64,000 bases of DNA, from positions 4,768,001 to 4,832,000 of the forward strand of contig CBDCNP010000002.1 of assembly GCA_965219415.1 (NCBI GenBank), given 5' to 3'. Below the pieces are notes generated by a model. The model saw nothing but the letters and a program-made list of their open reading frames with translations. It was not told the DNA's origin and did not search any database. Position 1 is the first letter of the stretch. Each line of letters starts with the position of its first letter. Below are positions 9,150 to 19,412 of the stretch, piece after piece. Position numbers and translations under genes: made by a program. Origin of the DNA: Candidatus Marinacidobacterales bacterium (GTDB lineage: Bacteria > Acidobacteriota > Vicinamibacteria > Marinacidobacterales > DATDRI01).

Positions 9150-10139
9150 CTAGGGTTCGTCGGTCGGCGCCGACGTGTTGATGTCTGGGTAGAGCCACGA
9201 GTGTTCGAGTCCGGCGTGTCGCTTCCCGTATCGTTCCGGTATGTTCTGTGTCCAGTTGCTGGGCAACGTCAGACAGCACACCAGTAAAACAACGAGTACG
9301 ATTCTCTGTAACACGAATGGCGCTTTTTCAGGCGGGGCTTCCACCTCCAGTGCCTCTCTGACACCACTTCGCAGCCGACCCAGACGCCGAATGCGCGATC
9401 GGATCAAAAAAACGACACCGATCGACACCATGATGAGGTTCAGGGTCTGCCCGGTCCCGAGAGCCAGACGGTGAGTCGGATAGTCGCGAAACAGATCAAT
9501 GAATACACGCAAGAACGCATACCAGAAGACGAAACGAGCTGCGGTTGCCCCCGGCGTTGGGTTCATCTTTCGAACACGGAGGAGGAAAGGCACCAGCAGA
9601 AGATTCTTGATGCCGTCATAGAGAACCACCGGATGCCGGATTCCAACTGCGTCGGGAAACCGCACGCCCCACGGCACATCGGTGAGAGCACCCACGATCT
9701 GGCCGTCGATGAAGTTCCCGATCCTTCCCATTCCCATCAGAAACGAACCGGGGATCACGACTGCATCGAACAGCGCGAGCAGGTCCTTTCGATAGAGCAA
9801 GGCGAAGGAGGTGACAGCTACAGTCGCTCCGAGAAGGACCCCGTGAGACGCCAGGCCCCCAAGCCAGTATGCCGGAATGAGGGTAGGGTGCGCGCTGTAG
9901 AAGGGCCACTCGTCGAATGCGACTTCGATGAGACGCGCCCCGACCAAAACGCCCACCACGATGAAAAGGGTGAGGGTGTATACGTCTCTGGAAGTGAGTC
10001 CGAGCCGAAGCCTGTGGCGGCGCAGAAACAGATGCAAATGCAGGAATCCCAGCGAATAGCTAAGCCCATACCACCAGAGATAGACGCCGCCCACTTCGGC
10101 AATGATCGGATCGACATTATGGACATACGGTCCGAACAT
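9150..10139 (-). CDS. lgt: Prolipoprotein diacylglyceryl transferase
   Basis: WYGLSY, GARL, GGLASHG, GRIGNFIDG, HPVVLYD, RVFIDLFR; multi-TM. Confidence 0.9.
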   Translation of the reverse strand: MFGPYVHNVDPIIAEVGGVYLWWYGLSYSLGFLHLHLFLRRHRLRLGLTSRDVYTLTLFIVVGVLVGARLIEVAFDEWPFYSAHPTLIPAYWLGGLASHGVLLGATVAVTSFALLYRKDLLALFDAVVIPGSFLMGMGRIGNFIDGQIVGALTDVPWGVRFPDAVGIRHPVVLYDGIKNLLLVPFLLRVRKMNPTPGATAARFVFWYAFLRVFIDLFRDYPTHRLALGTGQTLNLIMVSIGVVFLIRSRIRRLGRLRSGVREALEVEAPPEKAPFVLQRIVLVVLLVCCLTLPSNWTQNIPERYGKRHAGLEHSWLYPDINTSAPTDEP

Positions 10140-10853
10140 CTCTTAAGCTCCCCGTCCTGTGCCAAAACTCGGCCCAGCCGGCATCGACGAAAGAACTGCG
10201 CCTCTCGAAATCAGGCGAAACTCTAGCACACGAACAGGTTACGCGGCGGCCACCAACACGTGACTGCGGAAGCACCTCTTGTGGCTGGTGCCGGCTTCGG
10301 TCCTCGATCATGCGCTGTTGCAACGCGTCTCAGCGACACGGCCACGAGCGTGCGCGCCCTGCTTATTAGGGAAAATCGACCCAACCCCGTCCTGTCCAAA
10401 AACACAAACGAGCTCAATACCGGCGCGCCTAGCCGTTTCGAATGAGAGGTGTCAGTTCGAGGTTTGGCCAATTCGAATTCCCGCTTTTGGCCTTCTCCCC
10501 AGGCGCGGTCTAGGCGTAGGGCGTCCTTCTCATTGGCTGGGCGATTGGGTGGAAAAACGGCCCGATCAGCCCAGAAATGGCTGTCCCTTCCATAACCTCG
10601 AGCTGCATGAGATTGGCGAACTGCTCGCAACCAGGATGCTTTGGCCGTCTTCATGTAGGACGTTTTGAGGGCTGGCATCGGCTCTACTCAGGGCTAGAGG
10701 TGGAACCTGGTGCGAAGTCCCGCGGCCGTTCCGAGTGAATCGCACTCAAGCCACGCGTCGAGCGTAATTAATGATAGAGACCTGTGATCCGCAAAAAAGA
10801 AGATCGGCCAGAAGCAGCAGACCCTACGCCGTGGGTCCATCCCCGAAACCCGA

Positions 10854-11771
10854 TCAACTTACCTCGAACTTAAATTGAACTCGATAGATGCCTACGCCCT
10901 GTGGTATGCCTCCACCAATCCACACCTCATAGCGCCCGGATCGGTTGAGTTTCTTCTTCGTGCGCACGGTCCCTCTGCCCATGTCGCCTTCTATTTTTTT
11001 CCCGTCGGGAGCCACGACCGTTGTGTGGAGCAACGCGAGTCCGAGCTGTTTCTCGACGTTAATGGTTAATTCACCTGACTGCTCGATCTCAAGTAGATAG
11101 ACATCGTTGAAGGCACCGGCTGTGCTCTTGTCAAGCGTAGCGGGCATGAGCACATCACCTGCGCCCAAGCGCCCCGTCGTCGAGAAGCCGTGGCTTTCGA
11201 TCATCTGGTGTTCGTCACTCTCACGATGGTTCGCGGAACTTTCCCTTCGGAGAAACTGCGCATATTCCGTCCACTCACGGGCGCTCTCGATGTATTGGTT
11301 CCTGTCTCTCCACTGTTTTATCGTCGCTTGGTAGTCCTGGATCGCAAGAGCGAACGCCAGCTTCACATCTACCCATTCGTCGCCGGTCGATTTGATGTAG
11401 CTCCTTACTGTAGGCATCGTTTCGACGAGCTTCTCGTTAAACTGCTCCCGTAAGAGACCGATCTCAAGTGAAGCTTGAAACTCCTCGATTGCGGCGAAGG
11501 CGGATTCGAATTCTGTTGCCCCACTGTCAACATCGTCACTGCCTTCTAGTTTGCCCGCGAAAGAAATGTACTTGACGTTGTCAGTGGGAATGCTGATTTT
11601 CTGCCCCGCGATCACAACGGAAACAGAGGCGTTGGTCGCCCCGCGGAACGTACCCTCGACCAGGTCTCCATCTTTCGTTGCGACAGAAACTCTTCGTTCT
11701 TGTGCTATGGCAATCCCTACCGTTGCGCCTAGGACGGCGACGAAACACATAAGTGTTTGACTACAGTGCAT
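10854..11771 (-). CDS. Secreted hypothetical protein (possible PPC-like beta domain at the C-terminus)
   Basis: Signal peptide (VAVLGATVGIAIAQ); C-terminal DVYLLE...GRYEVWI...GIYRV pattern; RBS GAGAGAGG. Confidence 0.6.
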   Translation of the reverse strand: MHCSQTLMCFVAVLGATVGIAIAQERRVSVATKDGDLVEGTFRGATNASVSVVIAGQKISIPTDNVKYISFAGKLEGSDDVDSGATEFESAFAAIEEFQASLEIGLLREQFNEKLVETMPTVRSYIKSTGDEWVDVKLAFALAIQDYQATIKQWRDRNQYIESAREWTEYAQFLRRESSANHRESDEHQMIESHGFSTTGRLGAGDVLMPATLDKSTAGAFNDVYLLEIEQSGELTINVEKQLGLALLHTTVVAPDGKKIEGDMGRGTVRTKKKLNRSGRYEVWIGGGIPQGVGIYRVQFKFEVS

Positions 11772-11829
11772 TGTACTTTCCTCTCTCAGTGAGAGTGACA
11801 CAGGCCTAGTTGAGCTTCCAATGCTACCT

Positions 11830-13252
11830 CGTCCTGTGCCAAAACTCAGCCCTTTTGAAATAGGCCATAAATCAGCAGCTTAGTGTCTGTGTTTGCGACC
11901 GGGCCAAGGGCCGTGGGCTTTACAATCGTCTGTCCCGAGGGTGTTATCTTCAGCTCCATGATGACCTACCACGTGCAATTCCTACTGCTCGTTCTGGCTG
12001 GCTGGGTCAACCGCCAGCAGCAGGATGTGATCGACTACCTGCAAGAGGAGAACCGTGTGCTCCGAGCCGGGCTTCGGGGCAAGCGTCTCAGGCTCTCGGA
12101 CGACGACCGGCGCAGGCTCGCCGTCAAGGCCCAAGCTTTAGGCCGCGAGGCGCTGGCCCAGATTGCGTCGGTTGCCACACCCGCTACGCTCCTGCGCTGG
12201 TACCGCTGCCTCATCGCAGCCAAGTACGATGGCAGCAAGAACCGGAGCCCAGGCCGATCTCCGACGGCGAAGGACATCCGTGAGCTCATTGTGCGCGTGG
12301 CGCGGGAGAACCCGACGTGGGGATATACGTGCCTGCGGGGTGCACTCAAGAACCTCGGACATGAACTCGGACGCAACACCATCAAGAGGATCCTCGCCGA
12401 GCACGGTATCGCGCCGGCTCCGGAGCGGGGCAAGAGCATGTCGTGGAGCACTTTCCTCAAGGCTCATTGGGGCGCTATCGCTGCGACAGACCTGTTCACC
12501 GTCGAGGTGGTGAACCCGTTCGGGCTCGTCCGCTACCATCTCCTGTTTGTCATCGATATCGCCACTCGCTGCGTGTGCATCGGTGGGATGACCTCGGACC
12601 CAAACGGGGAGTGGATGAAGCAGGCGGCAAGAAACCTCACGGACATGTGGGATGGTTTCCTCCTTGGCAAGCGGTACCTTATCCACGACCGGGACCCGCT
12701 ATTCACCGAGGCGGTACGTGGGCTCTTGAGAGATTCAGGTGTGAAGCCCCTCCGCCTTCCAGCGAACAGTCCGAATCTGAACGCATACGCGGAAAGATTC
12801 GTTCTCTCCATACGTCGAGAGTGTCTCGACCGCTTCGTACCTCTCAGTGAGCGACACCTGCGCACAGCGGTAACCGAATACGTAGTGCACTATCACACAG
12901 AACGGAACCACCAAGGTCTCGGCAACGAGTTCCTCACACCTCTGCCGGCAAGCGTGAATAGCGCTGGCCCCATCGTGTCGCGAGAGCGACTTGGGGGCAT
13001 TCTCAACTACTACTGCCGTGCCGCGTAGATGGTCGCTGGCGACGGTAGCCCCTCGGTGGGCCCGCTCGGCGTAGCGTGAAAACAGCTTCAGGAACACGCT
13101 TGGATATTCGCTCTCGACTAGGTGGTCATCTGCATGGTGACGACCCGTCCAAAGGGTAGCTCTGCTCAATGGTTGTCGCGGGCCTCACCGCCCACGCCGC
13201 GTCAACTGTTCGTTTGTAACGTTGCAAGTGGATCAAATTTTGGCACAGGACG
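11830..13252 (+). mobile_element. Complete rve-integrase IS (second family) with 15-bp IR CGTCCTGTGCCAAAA
   Basis: Perfect terminal IRs at 11830 and 13252; single transposase ORF. Confidence 0.88.
11958..13028 (+). CDS. Integrase-core (rve) DDE transposase
   Basis: [46 protein letters not shown]. Confidence 0.92.
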   Translation: MMTYHVQFLLLVLAGWVNRQQQDVIDYLQEENRVLRAGLRGKRLRLSDDDRRRLAVKAQALGREALAQIASVATPATLLRWYRCLIAAKYDGSKNRSPGRSPTAKDIRELIVRVARENPTWGYTCLRGALKNLGHELGRNTIKRILAEHGIAPAPERGKSMSWSTFLKAHWGAIAATDLFTVEVVNPFGLVRYHLLFVIDIATRCVCIGGMTSDPNGEWMKQAARNLTDMWDGFLLGKRYLIHDRDPLFTEAVRGLLRDSGVKPLRLPANSPNLNAYAERFVLSIRRECLDRFVPLSERHLRTAVTEYVVHYHTERNHQGLGNEFLTPLPASVNSAGPIVSRERLGGILNYYCRAA

Positions 13253-13482
13253 ACGATGGAGCCTGACCAGAAGCCCGCTGCGCTGGACGGTTCCCCCGCT
13301 GATGCTCAGGGTGCCGACCATAATAATGATGAAGGTCACGCAACCGATGCACCGATGGGTGCTTCCGCAGTCAAGTGTTGGCGGCCGCCGCGTAACCTGT
13401 TCGCGTGCTAGAGTTTTAGCCTGATTTCGAGAGGCGCAGTTCTTTCGTCGATGCCGGCTGGGCCGAGTTTTGGCACAGGACG

Positions 13483-14378
13483 CGGAACGGGCTTTCTGGG
13501 TTGCCCTTCGAGGTTCGTGGCCCGTGTGGGCGAGCCGCCTGCTCATCGTCCACGCGGACACCGTAGCCCGTTGGCATCGCGACCGATTCCGACGGTACTG
13601 GGCAAATATCTCGCAGCGCCGCCATCCCGGTCGGCCTCGGATTGATGCCGAGATTCGTCGCCTCGTCCGCACGATGGCGCAAGACGGCTGGGGGGCGCCA
13701 CGCATCCATGCTGAGCTCACCAAGCTCGGTTTCATCATCTCCGAGAGCACGGTGTCGCGATACCTGCCGCGGCGTCCCGCGGAGCCCGACCAGCTGAAAC
13801 GATGGATGGCTTTCTTGCGCAACCATAAAGACGATATCGCCGCCATGGATCTGTTCACCGTGCCCACCGCGTCGCTCCGGCTGCTGTACGGCTTCTTCGT
13901 CATCGAGCACGGTCGCCGGCACATCGTTCACTTCAACGCCACGTTCCACCCGACGTCTGCTTGGGTTATTCAGCAACTCCGCGAGGCGTTTCCCTACGAC
14001 ACCGCTCCGAGATATCTCATCTTCGATCGCGACTTCATCTTTAACGCTGCGGTCATCGAGTTCATCAAGGCAACGGGCACAAAACCCGTTCGCACTTCGT
14101 TTCGCAGCCCATGGCAAAACGGAACCGCGGAGCGGTGGGTCGGCAGCTGCCGTCGCGAGCTCCTTGAGCACGTCGTGGTTCTCGGTGCATGTCATCTCAT
14201 CCGGCTCGTGCGAGCTTACATCAGCTACTATCATGAGGACCGTTGCCACTTGGGGCTGAACAAGGACACACCGAGCTTGAGAACGGTCACGCACCGACCG
14301 TCTCCTACGGCGAAAGTCGTCGCACTGCCGCGAGTCGGTGGACTGCACCATCGATGCGAGTGGCGAGAGCCAGCCTGA
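13483..14378 (+). pseudogene. 5'-truncated 349-aa-family rve transposase
   Basis: Matches the 349-aa ORF from ERAFWVAL onward; 5' part replaced by the chimeric module. Confidence 0.85.
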
Positions 14379-14445
14379 GTCAGCTTGGTCGCTCGCGTTA
14401 CTCGGCTGGTCGCCGAGAAGTTCGTCCTCAGCACCTTCCCTCGCG

Positions 14446-14611
14446 CACGGCGAGCTGTTGCCGAAGAGCGACATTCTCGAGAGCCAGCTCGCGACGAGCC
14501 TTGAAGACGGAGATGAGAGCGGGAACCAACGACGAACTCATGCCGGCATGGTGCTGGCAGACAGGAGATTATTCAAGTTTGGTGCGCGCGGATAAATAAA
14601 TAGAAGGCACA
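14446..14611 (-). mobile_element. Left end of a further related rve IS (terminus TGTGCCTTCTATTTATT)
   Basis: Minus frame MSSSLVPALISVFKARRELALENVALRQQLAV resembles the 349-aa N-terminus; same end recurs at ~44040-44181 and ~45370-45473. Confidence 0.7.
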
Positions 14612-14839
14612 CCATAAATCAGCAGCTTAGTGTCTGTGTTTCCGACTGGGCAGCGAGTTGCGATCTTCTTTATTGCGGACGACAGCCGGTCTGATCTCCA
14701 CCTTCGGCCAGCCCAGCGCGGATCGCCTATAATCCGGCCATGCGCTCGTTGCTGAAGATTGCCCTTGGCATTGCCGCACTAGTCGTGGCGTTCGGGGCCG
14801 GGTGGCTCGTCACGATCACCGGCACCGGTCAAGCCATCC

Positions 14840-14986
14840 CGTCCTGTGCCAAAACTCGGCCCTTTAGAAATAGACCACAAATCAGCAGCTTAGGCGCCCT
14901 TGGAATCCGCGCAGAATCCAGGGTATTTCGCGCCGCAGGGCTGACTTCCGACCCATGGGCTGGCGGATGAATAAATAGAAGGCACA
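14840..14986 (+). mobile_element. 147-bp MITE (copy 1) with ends from two rve families
   Basis: CGTCCTGTGCCAAAAC ... AATAGAAGGCACA; direct copy at 15986-16132. Confidence 0.85.
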
Positions 14987-15035
14987 GGGCAGGTCACCTG
15001 AGCAACGAGACGCTTTGTGCAGGAGGATAATCGCC

Positions 15036-15875
15036 ATGCAGTTCCCCGATTTTGGTTTCCGTAGTACGTCCCACGCTCGACTCACGCCAGATGATCGGCG
15101 TCACGTAGATGATGGACTCATCTCGACAGCTTGGAATGCCGGGACGCTACATGTCCAATATGTTGGACTTCAAGAGGTTTCTGAATCCGTAATCGAAACC
15201 ATTAGTAAGACGATGTGGCAGTTCGCCACTGAATGTCAACTCATGGTTGTCTTGTACGCTGGCGTGCTATTTAGTCGGGAGACAATACAATCGCAGCTTG
15301 GTGGGAACATCAACCGGGATACCCCTTTCGCTGTTTCCGATAAGGACAAAGATGGCAACATGCGGGCTGTCTGGGCATGGCTCCCACGGGGCAAAGTTTT
15401 TGATGCGTTCTCAGCAGGTGGAGAGTTTGAGAAAACATATGCTAAGGCATTTGTAGTCTTTACCTATCAACTGTGGGAAGAGTTTGCTAGGCCAAAGATC
15501 GCACAGGCATTGGGTACTACACATGACGATGTTCAATCCGATCTGATGGGTGAGTGGCGTCATCTGCGAAACTGGCTCGTACATCCAGATGAAAAGACCG
15601 AGAAAGCCTATTTCAAGAACGCCAAATTACTGGCGAAGATTCCAGGGAGCCTTCGGCCCGGAAAACATGAAGTCAAATCTGATATGGTGTTCCCTATGAT
15701 GGGCTGTCTGAATTCATTGCATGTAATTGTGAATCCAGACGGTCTGTCGCCCGCCTTCGAGATAACTGCGCTTGATCCAAAGCTGGAGGAACAGGCATCA
15801 GAACTATTGGAACCTGGTATGTCCCTACTACCCATCTGGCGAGGATTCAACCCGCCTGCCGATCAGCAGTCCTAA
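15036..15875 (+). CDS. Hypothetical protein with a HEPN-like RX4H motif
   Basis: RBS AGGAGG at 15021; YQLWEE...GEWRHLRNWLVH; lower GC. Confidence 0.6.
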   Translation: MQFPDFGFRSTSHARLTPDDRRHVDDGLISTAWNAGTLHVQYVGLQEVSESVIETISKTMWQFATECQLMVVLYAGVLFSRETIQSQLGGNINRDTPFAVSDKDKDGNMRAVWAWLPRGKVFDAFSAGGEFEKTYAKAFVVFTYQLWEEFARPKIAQALGTTHDDVQSDLMGEWRHLRNWLVHPDEKTEKAYFKNAKLLAKIPGSLRPGKHEVKSDMVFPMMGCLNSLHVIVNPDGLSPAFEITALDPKLEEQASELLEPGMSLLPIWRGFNPPADQQS

Positions 15876-15985
15876 CGAGGCTTCGCCTCAGACCGACGAG
15901 ACATGTAAGACTCTCCACTTTTTTGCGAGCGGCATTTTGGAGTTCGACCGAGGGCCCTCGTTTCGTTCGGAGCGCGTCGTGTCCC

Positions 15986-16132
15986 CGTCCTGTGCCAAAA
16001 CTCGGCCCTTTAGAAATAGACCACAAATCATCAGCATAGGCGCCCTTGGAATCCGCGCAGAATCCAGGGTATTTCGCGCCGCAGGGCTGATTTCCGACCC
16101 ATGGGCTAGCGGATGAATAAATAGAAGGCACA
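15986..16132 (+). mobile_element. 147-bp MITE (copy 2)
   Basis: Direct repeat of 14840-14986. Confidence 0.85.
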
Positions 16133-16149
16133 GGGTGGGCCCATCGTCA

Positions 16150-16410
16150 AGATCTGGGGCTTTGCGCCGAGCCGAGCGATGACGCCGGCGGTTCCGAAGA
16201 AGGAATAGGTGGTGGTGACGACTTCGTCGCCCGGGCCGATGCCGAGAGCCATGAGACTCATGAGAAGCGCGTCGGTCCCGGACGAGGCACCCACGCCAGC
16301 CCTCACGCCGCAAAGGCCCGCGCCGCTTCGTTCGATCCGCTCGACCTCCTCACCCAGGATATAGCTTCCGGTATCGAAGCACCGCGCCAGGACTTCGTCC
16401 CGGATCGCCC
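16150..16410 (-). pseudogene. DegT/DnrJ/EryC1/StrS aminotransferase N-terminal fragment
   Basis: YILGEEV...[33 protein letters not shown]; truncated near the MITE. Confidence 0.85.
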
Positions 16411-16549
16411 GTGCCGGGCTCCGAGATCGACGAGAGGGTTCTTCGACGTCATGGGTTCGTTTCCGGCACCATGATATCCGTTTGAAAGACGCCGGGGCCT
16501 GGAATAACATACGCGCCAGCAACGCTAACCTGAGGACCCCGTCGTGTGC

Positions 16550-16715
16550 GGTGCTTGCGCTGTTTGCTGTTGGTGATGTGTACGTATCCCATTTCAAAAG
16601 AAGCGCTTACGCTCCATTTAGCGCGCAGCGAAGGCCGCAGGCGCTATTTGCGACGTAATTTAATGCACTGTAAAGTTTTAGCGTCATCTCACCAACACTT
16701 AATGGCGGAAGCACC
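16550..16715. mobile_element. 166-bp IS1-type MITE C (copy 1)
   Basis: GGTGCTTGCGC...GGCGGAAGCACC ends; copies at ~21180-21344 (inverted), 43847-44013 and 55790-55955. Confidence 0.85.
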
Positions 16716-16892
16716 ACGCACGGATTTCCTCCGTTTTGCTGGATCCTTGTAAGGGCGCAATAATCTGTGATGCCGAGAGGCGTTAAGCAGATGACGTTCG
16801 TCGGCACACGCAATCCAACTGAAACCAGCATCAAACACCTCTAGCGGCGACCAACACTTAATGGCAGAAGCATCCGTTCCGACCATGGTCCT

Positions 16893-19412
16893 ATGAGGAG
16901 CAAGCTACCAAAGCTCGCGGCCCTCGTGGTGCTGGGCTTGCTTCCCTTCGTTTTCCACTGGAGGCTGTTCACGTTCGACGCCGACGAACGAAAGATTTTC
17001 CGCGGCGATTTTCTGAATCAGCACTATGTCTGGAAGAGTTATGCGCTCACCCGAGTGGCGAGCGGCGAGCTTCCACTCTGGAACCCGCATGTTCTAGGGG
17101 GCGTCGCGATTCACGCCAATCCTCAGGTCGGGATTTTTTACCCTCCTACTTATTTGCTTCTGCCGTTTCAAGTCGACGCTCAGGTGAACTACATCGCCCT
17201 GGAGGCTTACCAGCTTCTCCACCAGGTCTTCGCCGGTCTTGGGATGTGGCTTCTCATGCGCTCGTTCGGTGCTTCGAATCTCGGAGCGCTTTTTGCCGCG
17301 CTCGTTTTTATGTTCACGGGATTTTTCACCACGCCCGGACACCACGCGATCGTGCTCACGGCAAGCTGGATTCCGTGGACGCTGTACGCGGTAAAACGCG
17401 CGATGCTGGGTAAGGGGGCGGCACACCTCGGCGTTGTCACGCTCGGCCTCGCCGCTATGATCTTGGCTGGACACCCGCAAGTGGCGTACTATGGGATATT
17501 GCTGGCGCTGGCGTTCGCGGTGGCGATGGGAGGATTCAAGAGGACTTGCACACGCGTCGTACCCTCCGTGCTGTTGGCTCTTGGCTTGAGTGCCGTACAG
17601 CTTCTCCCGACGTACCAACTCGCCGAGGACTCCTCGCGTTCCAAACTCGGCTACGAGTACTCGACATCGTTCGCGTTCTCACCCTACTTGCTCTCATCAG
17701 CGTTTGTCCCCCGGGCACAAATCCGGCTACCGGGTCAAAACAGCGCCGCTCCTCTTCATCTATACGCCGGTATCGGTACGTTGCTACTCGCCGCTGTTGG
17801 TCTCATGCTCGCACCGGAGCGGTGGCGTTTGTTTTTTGCGGCGTCCGCTCTCGTGGCACTTCTGCTTTCGTTCGGTCGTGACTCGCCGCTATTCGATTTG
17901 TTTTACGCCGCAGTGCCTGGTTTCGAAAAGTTCCGCGTTCCCTATCGTCTTCTTGGCATCTACACGATGGGTGTGGCCGTGCTTGCCGGGCTTGGAGTGA
18001 ACGTGCTCGAAGATGCTGGTCGCAGGATCCGAACTCGCTTGCGAGGAATCGTCAAGGCGGCCTTCGTCGTATTGGCCCTGCTCGCCGCTTGGACTGCATA
18101 TCTTCACTCCAACGTCGTTCGTAACGGCATGCTCGAGCCAGAGCAAATGGAGCGACTGGTTGGTGGGGGCTACTGGGCAGTGCTTCTGGGCATGCTGAAC
18201 GTCATTCTGGTGGCTTACGTGGTTTGGCGACCGAAGGAGCGGTGGGTTGCTCCCGTTGTGCTCGCTATTGCTGTCATCGACTTGGGTGCCTTCGTCAAGG
18301 ATCGCGGCGAGCGGCCGTTTCAGACCCTGGCGCGCGCGAACGTGCGACCGGTTCAACTCATAACGCGCGCGCAAGGCTACCGCAGCCGCTACGTTTCTGA
18401 ATCGAACCTCGAGAACTACGCGACTCTTCACGGTGTCGACTTCGCCGGCGGCCACGAAGCACTCGTGGACGCCCGCTACTCCGAGCTCCTCGACCTGAGC
18501 GATTCGAGCGCGAACGCGTTAGCGCTTCTAAACGCCAAGTTCATCGCTCGCCGTGGGCCCACCACGAACTACCCTTGGTGCGGATCGCGCTTTGCTTCAC
18601 CACTTCCGCTGCTCGATATCCCTCCCCAAATCGCGCCAGTCTCGATTCGGCTGTTACCTCCGGTCACGGCGTCGAGCTTTCGCCTCGATTGGCAGGCGCT
18701 CGGCGACCCGACAAGTATCGTGATCGAACTGGGCGGAACCACCTACCGTCTCGGACCGGGAACTCCGCTCGACGTCCATTTCGAGAAGCCCGAGCTCATC
18801 GAAGAACTCACGGTCCGACTCGTTCGACCAAGCCACGGCGTCCGCATCGAATCCATCGAAATCGATCTTAATTCCATAGGGCTTAAAGCTGATTTTCTCG
18901 TTCTTGAGAAAATAAAAATCAACTTGCATACGTTGCCGCGTGCCTATTTCATGGTGCGGTCACCGGTGCCGAGTGAGCTTCAAACCCTCGAAAATTTGAA
19001 GTGTTGGAGCGTACATCAGGGAGTTCAAATTCAAGATCCAGAGACGGGCGAAGGGGTATCCGGTTTTTTTCGCAAAAATGCGGTACGGATCAACCGCTAT
19101 CAGCCGGAATGGATCGAACTCGAGACGAGCTCACCGCGCGATGGCTTCGTCGTGCTCGCGGACACGTTTCGCCCCGGTTGGATGGCCGAGGTAGACGGAG
19201 TGGAAACTCCAATTCTGAGAGCACAGTGGACGATGCGCGCGGTTTCGGTACCCGCGGGGGAGCACCGCGTGACATTTCGGTACCGACCAAGGTCTTTGCG
19301 CACAGGTGCCATCGCGAGTGCGGCCTCCTCGTTGATGGTGATCGGGTTGCTGGCCGCGGCGTGGCTCCCTGGCCGAAAGGCTAAGCTCGACGCTGTCCAT
19401 CATCATTATTAA
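16893..19412 (+). CDS. YfhO-family membrane protein (GT-C glycosyltransferase-like); last codons supplied by the IS end
   Basis: GELPLWNPHVLGG...FYPP, LAGHPQ, LSAVQLLPT, FRVPYR, VLADTFRPGWMAEVDG, VPAGEHRVTFRYRP. Confidence 0.88.
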   Translation: MRSKLPKLAALVVLGLLPFVFHWRLFTFDADERKIFRGDFLNQHYVWKSYALTRVASGELPLWNPHVLGGVAIHANPQVGIFYPPTYLLLPFQVDAQVNYIALEAYQLLHQVFAGLGMWLLMRSFGASNLGALFAALVFMFTGFFTTPGHHAIVLTASWIPWTLYAVKRAMLGKGAAHLGVVTLGLAAMILAGHPQVAYYGILLALAFAVAMGGFKRTCTRVVPSVLLALGLSAVQLLPTYQLAEDSSRSKLGYEYSTSFAFSPYLLSSAFVPRAQIRLPGQNSAAPLHLYAGIGTLLLAAVGLMLAPERWRLFFAASALVALLLSFGRDSPLFDLFYAAVPGFEKFRVPYRLLGIYTMGVAVLAGLGVNVLEDAGRRIRTRLRGIVKAAFVVLALLAAWTAYLHSNVVRNGMLEPEQMERLVGGGYWAVLLGMLNVILVAYVVWRPKERWVAPVVLAIAVIDLGAFVKDRGERPFQTLARANVRPVQLITRAQGYRSRYVSESNLENYATLHGVDFAGGHEALVDARYSELLDLSDSSANALALLNAKFIARRGPTTNYPWCGSRFASPLPLLDIPPQIAPVSIRLLPPVTASSFRLDWQALGDPTSIVIELGGTTYRLGPGTPLDVHFEKPELIEELTVRLVRPSHGVRIESIEIDLNSIGLKADFLVLEKIKINLHTLPRAYFMVRSPVPSELQTLENLKCWSVHQGVQIQDPETGEGVSGFFRKNAVRINRYQPEWIELETSSPRDGFVVLADTFRPGWMAEVDGVETPILRAQWTMRAVSVPAGEHRVTFRYRPRSLRTGAIASAASSLMVIGLLAAAWLPGRKAKLDAVHHHY

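Noticed and set aside
15868-15960. Integron attC site after the HEPN-like ORF (CCTAAC) and a general cassette-like layout
   Set aside because: No complementary GTTRRRY end and no IntI; the repeats are explained by IS termini
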